Shown: positions 33,122-41,787 of the stretch, in pieces
Numbering within the stretch: position 1 is the first letter of the stretch
Layout of the letters: the number at the start of each line of letters is the position of its first letter
Virus record (IMG/VR): IMGVR_UViG_2579778941_000001
Direction: 5' to 3' (one strand)
Source: a virus
Taxonomy: Duplodnaviria > Heunggongvirae > Uroviricota > Caudoviricetes
DNA length: 64,000 nt
The notes under the pieces: model-generated
Databases searched by the model: none
The model's input: the letters and a program-made list of their open reading frames with translations, nothing else
What the model was told of the DNA's origin: nothing
Program-made: the position numbers and the translations under genes

Positions 33122-34605
33122 TGGCCAGAAGTTGCGTAACGGACCCACGTTGGCGCGAGCTGGTGGCGCTATATCGTTATGACTGGATTGCGGCCGCTGA
33201 TGTGTTGTTTGGGAAGACACCAACCTGGCAGCAGGATGAGATCATTGAGTCCACGCAGCAGGACGGCAGTTGGACAAGTGTGACCTCCGGCCATGGTACT
33301 GGTAAATCGGATATGACGAGTATCATTGCAATACTCTTCATCATGTTTTTCCCCGGCGCTCGCGTCATTCTGGTCGCTAACAAAAGACAGCAAGTCCTTG
33401 ATGGTATTTTCAAATACATAAAGAGCAATTGGGCTACTGCTGTTAGCAGATTCCCGTGGTTGTCGAAGTATTTCATTCTTACAGAAACGTCTTTTTTTGA
33501 GGTGACTGGCAAGGGTGTTTGGACAATATTGATAAAGTCCTGTCGCCCCGGGAATGAGGAGGCGTTGGCTGGTGAACACGCCGATCATCTCTTGTATATC
33601 ATCGACGAAGCGTCGGGTGTGAGTGATAAAGCATTCAGTGTGATAACAGGTGCGCTGACCGGTAAGGATAACCGTATTCTGCTTCTTTCCCAGCCTACGC
33701 GACCTTCAGGCTATTTCTACGATTCACACCACAGACTAGCTATTCGCCCGGGAAATCCTGATGGATTGTTTACTGCGATAATACTGAATAGTGAAGAATC
33801 TCCGCTTGTAGATGCAAAATTTATACGAGCAAAACTTGCGGAGTATGGCGGTCGTGATAACCCCATGTACATGATCAAAGTACGTGGTGAATTTCCCAAA
33901 TCTCAAGATGGCTTTCTTCTTGGTCGTGATGAGGTTGAGCGGGCGACGCGGCGAAAGGTCAAGATTGCCAAAGGATGGGGCTGGGTTGCATGTGTTGACG
34001 TTGCTGGTGGCACAGGACGAGATAAGTCCGTTATTAATATCATGATGGTGTCCGGCCAGCGAAATAAACGCCGTGTAATCAACTATCGTATGCTGGAATA
34101 CACAGACGTTACAGAAACGCAGTTAGCCGCCAAGATTTTCGCAGAATGTAACCCAGAACGGTTCCCGAACATAACCATAGCTATTGATGGCGATGGCTTG
34201 GGGAAATCGACGGCTGATCTAATGTACGAACGCTATGGCATTACCGTCCAGCGTATCCGCTGGGGTAAAAAGATGCACAGCCGTGAAGATAAAAGCCTTT
34301 ATTTCGATATGCGCGCTTTCGCGAATATTCAGGCGGCAGAAGCTGTAAAATCAGGGCGTATGAGGCTTGATAAGGGGGCTGCGACTATAGAGGAAGCATC
34401 AAAGATACCGGTAGGGATAAATTCCGCAGGTCAATGGAAGGTGATGTCAAAGGAAGATATGAAGAAAAAACTCAACCTGCACTCACCGGACCATTGGGAT
34501 ACATATTGTTTCGCTATGTTGGCGAACTATGTTCCCCAGGATGAAGTGCTTAGCGTCGAAGACGAAGCGCAGGTTGATGAAGCTCTGGCATGGCTTAATG
34601 AATAA
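33121..34605 (+). CDS. pacB: Terminase large subunit (ATPase + nuclease)
   Basis: Walker [10 protein letters not shown], Walker [12 protein letters not shown], terminase fold. Confidence 0.85.
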
Positions 34606-34629
34606 CTCATTAACCATGCCGGATAGAAA

Positions 34630-35481
34630 CTATTGCGCGCTTTCGGGGTTGTCGTTTACTGGCTGCCCCTTCTTAGTTTTACGGCTGCGCGTAACTGATG
34701 CGGCTGATTTGACCTTTTTCTCTTCGCGAGTGATGGCAATTTGTTTTTTTACATTTTCAATATCTGCCAGGCGATATATTTTTGCCTGCGGCCAGCGGTC
34801 GCAGATGATCGGTTCTATAGAGTCATAAAGGCTAAATTTTGCTTTCTCGAATTCACCGTTGATGATGATTCCATCACGGAGAGTTTCATCGCAGATAAAC
34901 ACACCACACAGCGGCACATGGTAACTAACTGATTTACCATCATTGTAGTTAGGGCTACTGGAAATGTAATGGACGCGCAGCATTGTTTCGCTAAAGCCGT
35001 GTACACGCATACGGAATTTTTCATCCTCCGGGTACTGCTTCATTAGCTCTTTTGTTGCTTCCAGGTTCTCTATGTATTTCGCACTGTGCTCATTGATCCC
35101 CGCGCTTTTCTGGATGCGAATGTCCTTATCAATCAGATGAATAATGCGGCCAGCGGTCATGTTGACGCTGTTCACAGCTTCTGTCTGATAAGTTGTAACC
35201 TTACGCACACCGCGAAGGATGTTAGGCACTGGATATAAAATAGTCTTTGGGATATTGAGGTCTGGGTACTGTTCCAGTTCTCGCGCCATTAAAGTCCATT
35301 TATCAATTTCAGCCTGAATGCTGTCCGTTTCTTTGAACGGCAGAACGACAACCGGGCGTACAGGACGACCGTCGCTGGCGGCATCAACGTGTTGGGCGCG
35401 TGCAACAGCTTTTTTTAGAAAGAGATCCCTGAAGCTGACGAACTCCTGGTACAGTTGTTCGCCGTAGACATAATTTATCAT
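34630..35481 (-). CDS. c1: C1 repressor of lysogeny
   Basis: 283 aa starting MINYVYGEQLYQEF (P1 C1 N-terminus as I recall); GGAGGAGG RBS; track ORF extends 28 codons upstream. Confidence 0.85.
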   Translation of the reverse strand: MINYVYGEQLYQEFVSFRDLFLKKAVARAQHVDAASDGRPVRPVVVLPFKETDSIQAEIDKWTLMARELEQYPDLNIPKTILYPVPNILRGVRKVTTYQTEAVNSVNMTAGRIIHLIDKDIRIQKSAGINEHSAKYIENLEATKELMKQYPEDEKFRMRVHGFSETMLRVHYISSSPNYNDGKSVSYHVPLCGVFICDETLRDGIIINGEFEKAKFSLYDSIEPIICDRWPQAKIYRLADIENVKKQIAITREEKKVKSAASVTRSRKTKKGQPVNDNPESAQ

Positions 35482-35565
35482 TGATCCTCCTCCAGAATTG
35501 ACATGGCCAACAACTCCCAGTGTAATCCGCTGTGAGTTGTTGGCCACCATTATAGAAGGATCCAA

Positions 35566-35590
35566 CGAAAATAATAGATTTATTAGTGCA
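35566..35590 (-). promoter_or_regulatory. C1 operator-like site between coi and c1
   Basis: AGATTTATTAGTGCAT. Confidence 0.4.
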
Positions 35591-35591
35591 T

Positions 35592-35801
35592 TTATTGTGA
35601 GTCTGGCTGGTTAGTGGCCATGAGATATTCGATTGTGTCAGTGAGATCATCCAGGTCGTCTTGGGTGATGCGGTACTCCTGATTGGATATCTTTGAGTAG
35701 TGTTCAGCAATGGCGCGGGCAGCGTCGGTTTCGGCAGGGTCTACAGATAAAGCGTTAGAGCAATGTCTAACGTCGTCGATGGTTGGTGGAATGAAAGCCA
35801 T
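35592..35801 (-). CDS. coi: C1 inactivator
   Basis: 69-aa ORF immediately upstream of c1 in the same orientation, with operators on both sides. Confidence 0.65.
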   Translation of the reverse strand: MAFIPPTIDDVRHCSNALSVDPAETDAARAIAEHYSKISNQEYRITQDDLDDLTDTIEYLMATNQPDSQ

Positions 35802-36040
35802 AATTATGCCTCACTGTATTGACAACACAGAGCCTGAAGCTCTGACCTACTGTTTCACCCATGATCCATGCTGGGGTAATCTAACAACATTGCGCTGTGT
35901 GTAAGATGAGCAATGCATAGCTGTAATGCCGTTGTATAAGGTTTCCCTGTTTGCTCATTTCCTTCTGAGCCGCTCTACAACGCTGAAGACACATTAAATA
36001 GTGAATCCAAAGTCGTATTACGAAACGGCGGCAAAACTAT

Positions 36041-36139
36041 AATTTATTAGAGCAATTGTCAAACAACAATGAAAAACAATCCAGTTTTTGGCTGGTGGAG
36101 TGGGATTTTTCTCTCAAAATTTATTGCTCTAATAATTCT
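36041..36139. promoter_or_regulatory. Pair of C1 operators (36041-36056 inverted; 36123-36139 direct) upstream of coi-c1 (Op99-like region)
   Basis: AATTTATTAGAGCAAT and ATTGCTCTAATAATTCT. Confidence 0.6.
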
Positions 36140-36182
36140 TGATTTTTATGCGCAGCTGGACGTAAACTCCTCTTCGGACCTA

Positions 36183-36216
36183 ATAACTTCGTATAGCATA
36201 CATTATACGAAGTTAT
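36183..36216 (+). other. loxP site-specific recombination site
   Basis: Exact ATAACTTCGTATAGCATACATTATACGAAGTTAT. Confidence 0.98.
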
Positions 36217-36235
36217 CTTAAGGGTTATTGAACAT

Positions 36236-36308
36236 GATCAATTTACCTGTAAATCCATACAGTTCAATACCTTATCAGGTCAAATAGTGATCACTTGATC
36301 ATTTGATC
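36236..36308. promoter_or_regulatory. Cluster of Dam GATC sites in the cre upstream region (4 sites, 3 within 20 bp)
   Basis: GATC at 36236, 36289, 36297, 36305. Confidence 0.5.
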
Positions 36309-36405
36309 AAGGTTGCGCTACGTAAAATCTGCGAATTGTTGGCAGTGTTTGTGCTCCAGATTTCGCGTAGCGCACTTAGCACCACCAATCAATCAGAGGT
36401 GAAAA

Positions 36406-36627
36406 ATGGGATATTCAGCTGCTAAAGTGTCCACTCATCTTGAGCTTGAGAAAAACCGTGGTTACTGGCGGGCAAAATGGTTTGATCGTGATAGTTGCCA
36501 ACTGTCATTATCGCGCGGTGAAGAGAAAATAGAACGCACGCGCGGTCGCTGGCGTTTCTATGACGAGAACCATAAACAGGTAAAGGCAGAGCCGATCCTG
36601 TACACTTTACTTAAAACCATTATCTGA
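36406..36627 (+). CDS. Small hypothetical ORF upstream of cre
   Basis: 73-aa ORF ending 8 bp before cre. Confidence 0.3.
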   Translation: MGYSAAKVSTHLELEKNRGYWRAKWFDRDSCQLSLSRGEEKIERTRGRWRFYDENHKQVKAEPILYTLLKTII

Positions 36628-36634
36628 GTGTTAA

Positions 36635-37666
36635 ATGTCCAATTTACTGACCGTACACCAAAATTTGCCTGCATTACCGGTCGATGCAACGAGTGATGAG
36701 GTTCGCAAGAACCTGATGGACATGTTCAGGGATCGCCAGGCGTTTTCTGAGCATACCTGGAAAATGCTTCTGTCCGTTTGCCGGTCGTGGGCGGCATGGT
36801 GCAAGTTGAATAACCGGAAATGGTTTCCCGCAGAACCTGAAGATGTTCGCGATTATCTTCTATATCTTCAGGCGCGCGGTCTGGCAGTAAAAACTATCCA
36901 GCAACATTTGGGCCAGCTAAACATGCTTCATCGTCGGTCCGGGCTGTCACGACCAAGTGACAGTAATGCTGTTTCACTGGTCATGCGGCGGATTCGAAAA
37001 GAAAACGTTGATGCCGGTGAACGTGCAAAACAGGCATTGGCGTTCGAACGCACTGATTTCGACCAGGTTCGTTCACTCATGGAAAATAGCGATCGCTGCC
37101 AGGATATACGGAATCTGGCATTTCTGGGGATTGCTTATAACACCCTGTTACGTATAGCCGAAATTGCCAGGATCAGGGTTAAAGATATCTCACGTACTGA
37201 CGGTGGGAGAATGTTAATCCATATTGGCAGAACGAAAACACTGGTTAGCACCGCAGGTGTAGAGAAGGCACTTAGCCTGGGGGTAACTAAACTGGTCGAG
37301 CGATGGATTTCTGTCTCTGGTGTGGCTGATGATCCGAATAACTACCTGTTTTGCCGTGTCAGAAAAAATGGTGTTGCCGCGCCATCTGCCACCAGCCAGC
37401 TATCAACTCGCGCTCTGGAAGGGATTTTTGAAGCAACTCATCGATTGATTTACGGCGCTAAGGATGACTCTGGGCAGAGATACCTGGCCTGGTCTGGACA
37501 CAGTGCCCGTGTCGGAGCCGCGCGAGATATGGCCCGCGCCGGAGTTTCAATACCGGAGATCATGCAAGCTGGTGGCTGGACCAACGTAAATATTGTCATG
37601 AACTACATTCGTAACCTGGATAGTGAAACGGGGGCAATGGTGCGCCTGCTGGAAGATGGCGATTAG
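36635..37666 (+). CDS. cre: Cre tyrosine recombinase
   Basis: 343 aa, MSNLLTVHQNLPALPVDATSDEVRKNLMDMFRDRQAFSEHTWKMLLSVCRSWAAWCKLNN... matches Cre. Confidence 0.97.
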   Translation: MSNLLTVHQNLPALPVDATSDEVRKNLMDMFRDRQAFSEHTWKMLLSVCRSWAAWCKLNNRKWFPAEPEDVRDYLLYLQARGLAVKTIQQHLGQLNMLHRRSGLSRPSDSNAVSLVMRRIRKENVDAGERAKQALAFERTDFDQVRSLMENSDRCQDIRNLAFLGIAYNTLLRIAEIARIRVKDISRTDGGRMLIHIGRTKTLVSTAGVEKALSLGVTKLVERWISVSGVADDPNNYLFCRVRKNGVAAPSATSQLSTRALEGIFEATHRLIYGAKDDSGQRYLAWSGHSARVGAARDMARAGVSIPEIMQAGGWTNVNIVMNYIRNLDSETGAMVRLLEDGD

Positions 37667-37683
37667 CCGTTCATTTGCGCCAG

Positions 37684-37700
37684 ATTGCTCTAATTATTTG
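37684..37700 (+). promoter_or_regulatory. C1 operator (ATTGCTCTAATTATTTG)
   Basis: Consensus match downstream of cre. Confidence 0.55.
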
Positions 37701-37716
37701 ATATTTATGGTGACAC

Positions 37717-38028
37717 ATGCGGAAGGATTTCAAAATAGACGGAAAATATGTGGTGCTGTCTGTAAGCTCTCAAATTCAGTCACCATCTGTCATTGTCACC
37801 GTAAAGTTGAGCGATAGGATGCCTGATATCGACTCGATATCTGTTGCGTTCCCCGTTAAAAGCATGCGGAGTGCTGAACATTTTGTGATGAATGCAACGG
37901 AGGAGGAAGCGCGGCGCGGGCTTACTAGAGTGATGGTGGAATTTGGCGAACTCCTGGGTAAGGTAAACAATGCCCTTTCAATCAGTTCAGCAAGATCCAA
38001 AGCGTTAACAGCTTCCATGATGAAATAA
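37717..38028 (+). CDS. Small protein downstream of cre (cra-like position)
   Basis: 103-aa ORF. Confidence 0.4.
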   Translation: MRKDFKIDGKYVVLSVSSQIQSPSVIVTVKLSDRMPDIDSISVAFPVKSMRSAEHFVMNATEEEARRGLTRVMVEFGELLGKVNNALSISSARSKALTASMMK

Positions 38029-38032
38029 AAAA

Positions 38033-38051
38033 AGCCTGGCAAGGAGCCAGG
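38033..38051. terminator. Hairpin GCCTGGC-aagga-GCCAGGC preceded by A-run (reads as terminator for leftward transcription)
   Basis: 7-bp stem; A7 on plus strand upstream = T-run for minus-strand transcripts. Confidence 0.4.
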
Positions 38052-38159
38052 CTGCACAAAAGAGCGGGTTTGTATTCCGCATCCAATCAATCAAGAAGGA
38101 GTATAGCACACAGGTACTGAAGTGAAAAAATGTGATTCGCGATTAACAAAATATCTACC

Positions 38160-38188
38160 ATTGCTCTAATTGATTGCTATAATTAAGC
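38160..38188 (+). promoter_or_regulatory. Two overlapping C1 operators upstream of ref (Op2-like)
   Basis: ATTGCTCTAATTGATTGCTATAATTAAGCC. Confidence 0.6.
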
Positions 38189-38275
38189 CGCAGTTTTTGT
38201 CAACTACGAAGACGTTGCCATTACTTAACTCCTTGACATCATTGGCGGCCATTAGGCCGCCTTTTTTTTTGCCAT

Positions 38276-38836
38276 ATGAAAACAATCGAACAAAAACTTG
38301 AACAGCGCCGCGAGTGGCAGAAGGCAGCCAGAGAACGAGCGATCGCTCGGCAACGGGAAAAGTTGGCTGACCCCGCCTGGCGAGAATCGCAATATCAGAA
38401 AATGCGGGATTCTATCGACCGCCGTATCGCTAAACAGAAAGAGCGCCCACCAGCCAGCAAAACGCGGAAAAGTGCGGTAAAAATAAAATCTCGTGGCTTG
38501 AAGGGACGAACACCGACGGCGGAGGAACGGCGCATAGCCAATGCTCTTGGCGCTCTCCCCTGCATTGCCTGCTATATGCATGGAGTAATATCTGAAGAGG
38601 TGTCTCTGCACCATATCTCCGGTCGTACCGCGCCGGGTTGTCACAAAAAGCAGTTGCCACTTTGTAGATGGCACCACCAGCATGCAGCACCGGCTGAAGT
38701 AAGAGAAAAATACCCCTGGCTGGTCCCTGTTCATGCCGATGGTGTGGTTGGAGGCAAGAAAGAATTCACCTTGCTGAACAAGTCAGAGATGGAGTTGCTG
38801 GCTGACGCCTATGAGATGGCAAACATCATGCACTAA
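38276..38836 (+). CDS. ref: Ref recombination-enhancement HNH endonuclease
   Basis: 186 aa; basic N-terminus; HNH-like core CYMHGVISEEVSLHHISGRTAPGCHKKQLPLCRWHHQ. Confidence 0.8.
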   Translation: MKTIEQKLEQRREWQKAARERAIARQREKLADPAWRESQYQKMRDSIDRRIAKQKERPPASKTRKSAVKIKSRGLKGRTPTAEERRIANALGALPCIACYMHGVISEEVSLHHISGRTAPGCHKKQLPLCRWHHQHAAPAEVREKYPWLVPVHADGVVGGKKEFTLLNKSEMELLADAYEMANIMH

Positions 38837-38997
38837 TAAATATATTATTTTTAATCTGAAATAATTGACAACTGACAAGTGACTTCAGTCAGAATCATCA
38901 CATGCCCGGTACGGATGGATCCCTTTTCAAATATTCCATGGACGGCACAGTCTGAGTACCGGGCGCTACCTTCAGTTGTATTGCTAAGCCGCCGCTG

Positions 38998-39666
38998 GTG
39001 GCTTTTCTTTTTTGTAGGGGCGCTATGGATAAGAAAATATGCGTTGTTTCGATGAGCGTCGGTAAACCGGCGTCAATGACTGCTGCATGGATCAACAACG
39101 AGCTGATAATGGCTGAGCGGACCAGCTACCCTGAACGCCGCCGCGATATGGAACTCCAGCTGCTGCGCGAATTGCGAGAAAAAGAGGAAAAGGGTTTTAT
39201 CGTGCTGGTGGAAGAGGAAAACAGCTTTATTACTGGTCGAGTTGGCCAGCGTGTAAGGTTGCGCGATCCCTTCATGAACGGCAGGCCGGTACTAATTGAG
39301 GCCATGCAGATTTATAAGGAGCTGGAACGCCAGAAAGCAATCAAGTTACCGCGCAAGGAATCCGGCAAATACATCCTCCACCAAAGCATCTTCGATTCCG
39401 AACACGATAAAAAAGGCGATGAATTTTTCAACATCAACTGGAGCGAAATAACGACAGAGCATGTTCTGACGTTACTCTGTTGCTTTGCGACGGAATACAA
39501 CAACGTTGCCAGCGCAGACTACATCAGGGCAATGGCTGGAGAAGTTGAGGCACGCCAGGAACCATCGTTACTAAGCCCTCTGATTAACATAATTCGCGGA
39601 ACCCAAACGCTGGCACAAAAACAGGTGCCTAAGGGAGTATTAACAGGAAAAGGAAATTATCTATAA
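38998..39666 (+). CDS. Hypothetical protein (mat-like position; start may be ATG 39025)
   Basis: 222-aa ORF of core-like base composition between ref and the AT-rich island. Confidence 0.4.
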   Translation: MAFLFCRGAMDKKICVVSMSVGKPASMTAAWINNELIMAERTSYPERRRDMELQLLRELREKEEKGFIVLVEEENSFITGRVGQRVRLRDPFMNGRPVLIEAMQIYKELERQKAIKLPRKESGKYILHQSIFDSEHDKKGDEFFNINWSEITTEHVLTLLCCFATEYNNVASADYIRAMAGEVEARQEPSLLSPLINIIRGTQTLAQKQVPKGVLTGKGNYL

Positions 39667-39722
39667 ACGTCAATGCATTAGGGTATACTTCTCCGTAGAA
39701 CTATAAGTAAATGGAGTAAGTA

Positions 39723-41027
39723 ATGAGCGAGTATATAGAAATTGCCTATGCAGCAGCTACACATAGGCTGTGCTTTCTTACAGGCACTGGATTTTCAAAG
39801 GCTGTTTCTGATGATAAAGCCCCAAGTTGGCAATCTTTATTGGAGCAACTGTGCGGTTTATTGAAGGATGGTGACTCACTCAAAGAGGAATTATTTCCTG
39901 ATGGAAAAGCAAAAGACCTTAGCCTTGAAGAGGCTGCTCAGGTTATTGCACTAAAATTTATACTTTCGGGGAAAAATATTTACCAGGAGATTGAGAAAAT
40001 CATAGCCTCAATCGAACTTGATCCATCAATTGAATATATTCAAGACTTTTTCAAAGAAAACACATTTAAAGTAATTACGACAAATTATGACAAGTTAGCA
40101 GAAAAACTGGCTGGAGAGAATCGAACGTGTACAATCACCCCCGGCCTGCCAATTCCAAAATATAATTGTGAGGTTAAAGTCTACCATGTTCACGGCTCTA
40201 TAGACTCCCCATCAGATATGGTTGTTACTAGCGAGGATTATTTCAGATTTATAAATGGTAATTCTTACTTTTCAAATAAACTAAGCACAGTTCTACATGA
40301 AAACACTATTGTTATTCTTGGCTATTCTCTAAGTGACGCGAACCTCAAGGCGATTATAAATGAATATAAGGTATTTTCACGGGACAACGTAATGTCCTCC
40401 AATATTTTCCTTATTTCCCGAGGAAAACTATTGCAACCTATTAAAGATTACTATTTTTCCTGCTTTGGGATTAGGGTTATAGATAAAACAGAGGTGTCTG
40501 ATTTCTTTAGAAAACTTAACAAGAAAATTCCAGAAGCAAAAAAAATAAAAGACAAATTGAGGCACTCAATCAAATCGGTAATAAAAAACGGAAGAGAGTA
40601 TAAAATAGAGTTCTTGAAGTTAGAGGATTCTTTTTATCATATCATTTCCTCCATTTCATCATCTGGATATAGCTGGAATGATGAAAAGGTATTAAATGTT
40701 TTTTGTGATATAATAGATAAAAAAATAGATCTTACTAAAGAGTCTGGCGCATGGGAGCAGTATGAACACCTGGCAAAATGGCTTATTTATTTCGGTAGTT
40801 TATTTGAAGTAAAAGGAACCAACTTTGAGAAAAAATACATACATGCGGTTGAACACTCAATGACTTATATGAATAAACCTTACGAAACAGGCTACTCATG
40901 GCGAGCATATCTAGCCTGGAAAACAAAATGGCCTTCACTGACAGCATCTAACCGCTCTCTTATTAAGAGTAAGATGGAAGAAATCCCGCTACAACAGATT
41001 CACGATATTATATCTAAGTTTATATAG
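39723..41027 (+). CDS. SIR2-like NAD-utilising domain protein (defence-type SIR2 motifs) with about 200-aa uncharacterised helical C-terminal domain; candidate single-gene antiphage effector
   Basis: Motifs FLTGTGFS (Rossmann GxG), ITTNYD (catalytic Asn about residue 121), VYHVHGS (catalytic His about 157), ILGYSLSD; GGAG RBS 6 nt upstream; gene is strikingly AT-rich versus flanks (by eye). Confidence 0.85.
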   Translation: MSEYIEIAYAAATHRLCFLTGTGFSKAVSDDKAPSWQSLLEQLCGLLKDGDSLKEELFPDGKAKDLSLEEAAQVIALKFILSGKNIYQEIEKIIASIELDPSIEYIQDFFKENTFKVITTNYDKLAEKLAGENRTCTITPGLPIPKYNCEVKVYHVHGSIDSPSDMVVTSEDYFRFINGNSYFSNKLSTVLHENTIVILGYSLSDANLKAIINEYKVFSRDNVMSSNIFLISRGKLLQPIKDYYFSCFGIRVIDKTEVSDFFRKLNKKIPEAKKIKDKLRHSIKSVIKNGREYKIEFLKLEDSFYHIISSISSSGYSWNDEKVLNVFCDIIDKKIDLTKESGAWEQYEHLAKWLIYFGSLFEVKGTNFEKKYIHAVEHSMTYMNKPYETGYSWRAYLAWKTKWPSLTASNRSLIKSKMEEIPLQQIHDIISKFI

Positions 41028-41035
41028 TATATTTA

Positions 41036-41064
41036 TCTCCGGCCTAATCTCCCTAGGCCGGAGA
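41036..41064. terminator. Bidirectional terminator hairpin (TCTCCGGCC-loop-GGCCGGAGA) between SIR2 gene and lxc
   Basis: 9-bp perfect stem, 11-nt loop. Confidence 0.55.
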
Positions 41065-41068
41065 GTTC

Positions 41069-41317
41069 TTAATCAGCATTCAGGAGCAATGCGTTATCTA
41101 TGATGATCTGCTCCCATTCCTCGAATGCCCGATCGCGGACGCCCTGGGGAACGCTGTTAGTTTTGAAATCGACGACCGTCCGCCATTTTCCGTCCGGACG
41201 GTACATGCGCAGAGCTTTACTTCCCCCTTCCCTGCGCACCTCAACGTTATGCTTGTCAGCAAACTCTTGTAATGCTCGTAGCGTCCCATGCTTTACTGTG
41301 TAGTATCGCTTTTTCAA
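41069..41317 (-). CDS. lxc: Small protein downstream of ulx (Lxc-like position)
   Basis: 82-aa ORF; position ulx-lxc as in P1. Confidence 0.4.
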   Translation of the reverse strand: MKKRYYTVKHGTLRALQEFADKHNVEVRREGGSKALRMYRPDGKWRTVVDFKTNSVPQGVRDRAFEEWEQIIIDNALLLNAD

Positions 41318-41754
41318 GTTTTCTCTCCAGCCTGTGCTAAGGCTTCAACTTCCAAATCGTAAGACTCAAACTCATAGTCCTGGTCGTCAACCTCTTCAGG
41401 CACTGGCAGTAAATGCCAGGCTGAGTATATCTGACCATTATCAAAACGCTCCTGGCTGTAGAGCGTCGCGGCTATGAGTGTCAGCGCCGGGCGGTCATAA
41501 CGGTAAATTTTGCGAACGTCACGGTCAACGAGACGACCGAAATTACCATAACCGCGCTCCAGTAATAATTTTTTAATTTCCGGCCAGTATGGGCCATAGC
41601 TGCGGTACAGGCGGGGATTTTTCAGTAATCGCCCGCGTAGCCCTGACAGGAAGAAATCAACGTATTCGTCTTCTGTCTTTCCTAACAATGCCGTACGCAG
41701 TACCGCCTCAAGATATGTTTTATTCGGTTTTATTGTATCAGATAGTGTGGCCAT
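41314..41754 (-). CDS. ulx: Ulx (upstream-of-lxc) protein, Dar-system associated
   Basis: 146-aa ORF immediately downstream of darB in same orientation. Confidence 0.5.
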   Translation of the reverse strand: MATLSDTIKPNKTYLEAVLRTALLGKTEDEYVDFFLSGLRGRLLKNPRLYRSYGPYWPEIKKLLLERGYGNFGRLVDRDVRKIYRYDRPALTLIAATLYSQERFDNGQIYSAWHLLPVPEEVDDQDYEFESYDLEVEALAQAGEKT

Positions 41755-41787
41755 ATTATGCGACGCCCGGCGAACCGGGCGCTCCTG

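Noticed and set aside
37700-41100. IS1 or other insertion sequence / transposase at the defence locus
   Set aside because: No transposase-like ORF or terminal inverted repeats found anywhere in the window; the island is bounded only by the mat-like stop codon and a terminator hairpin.
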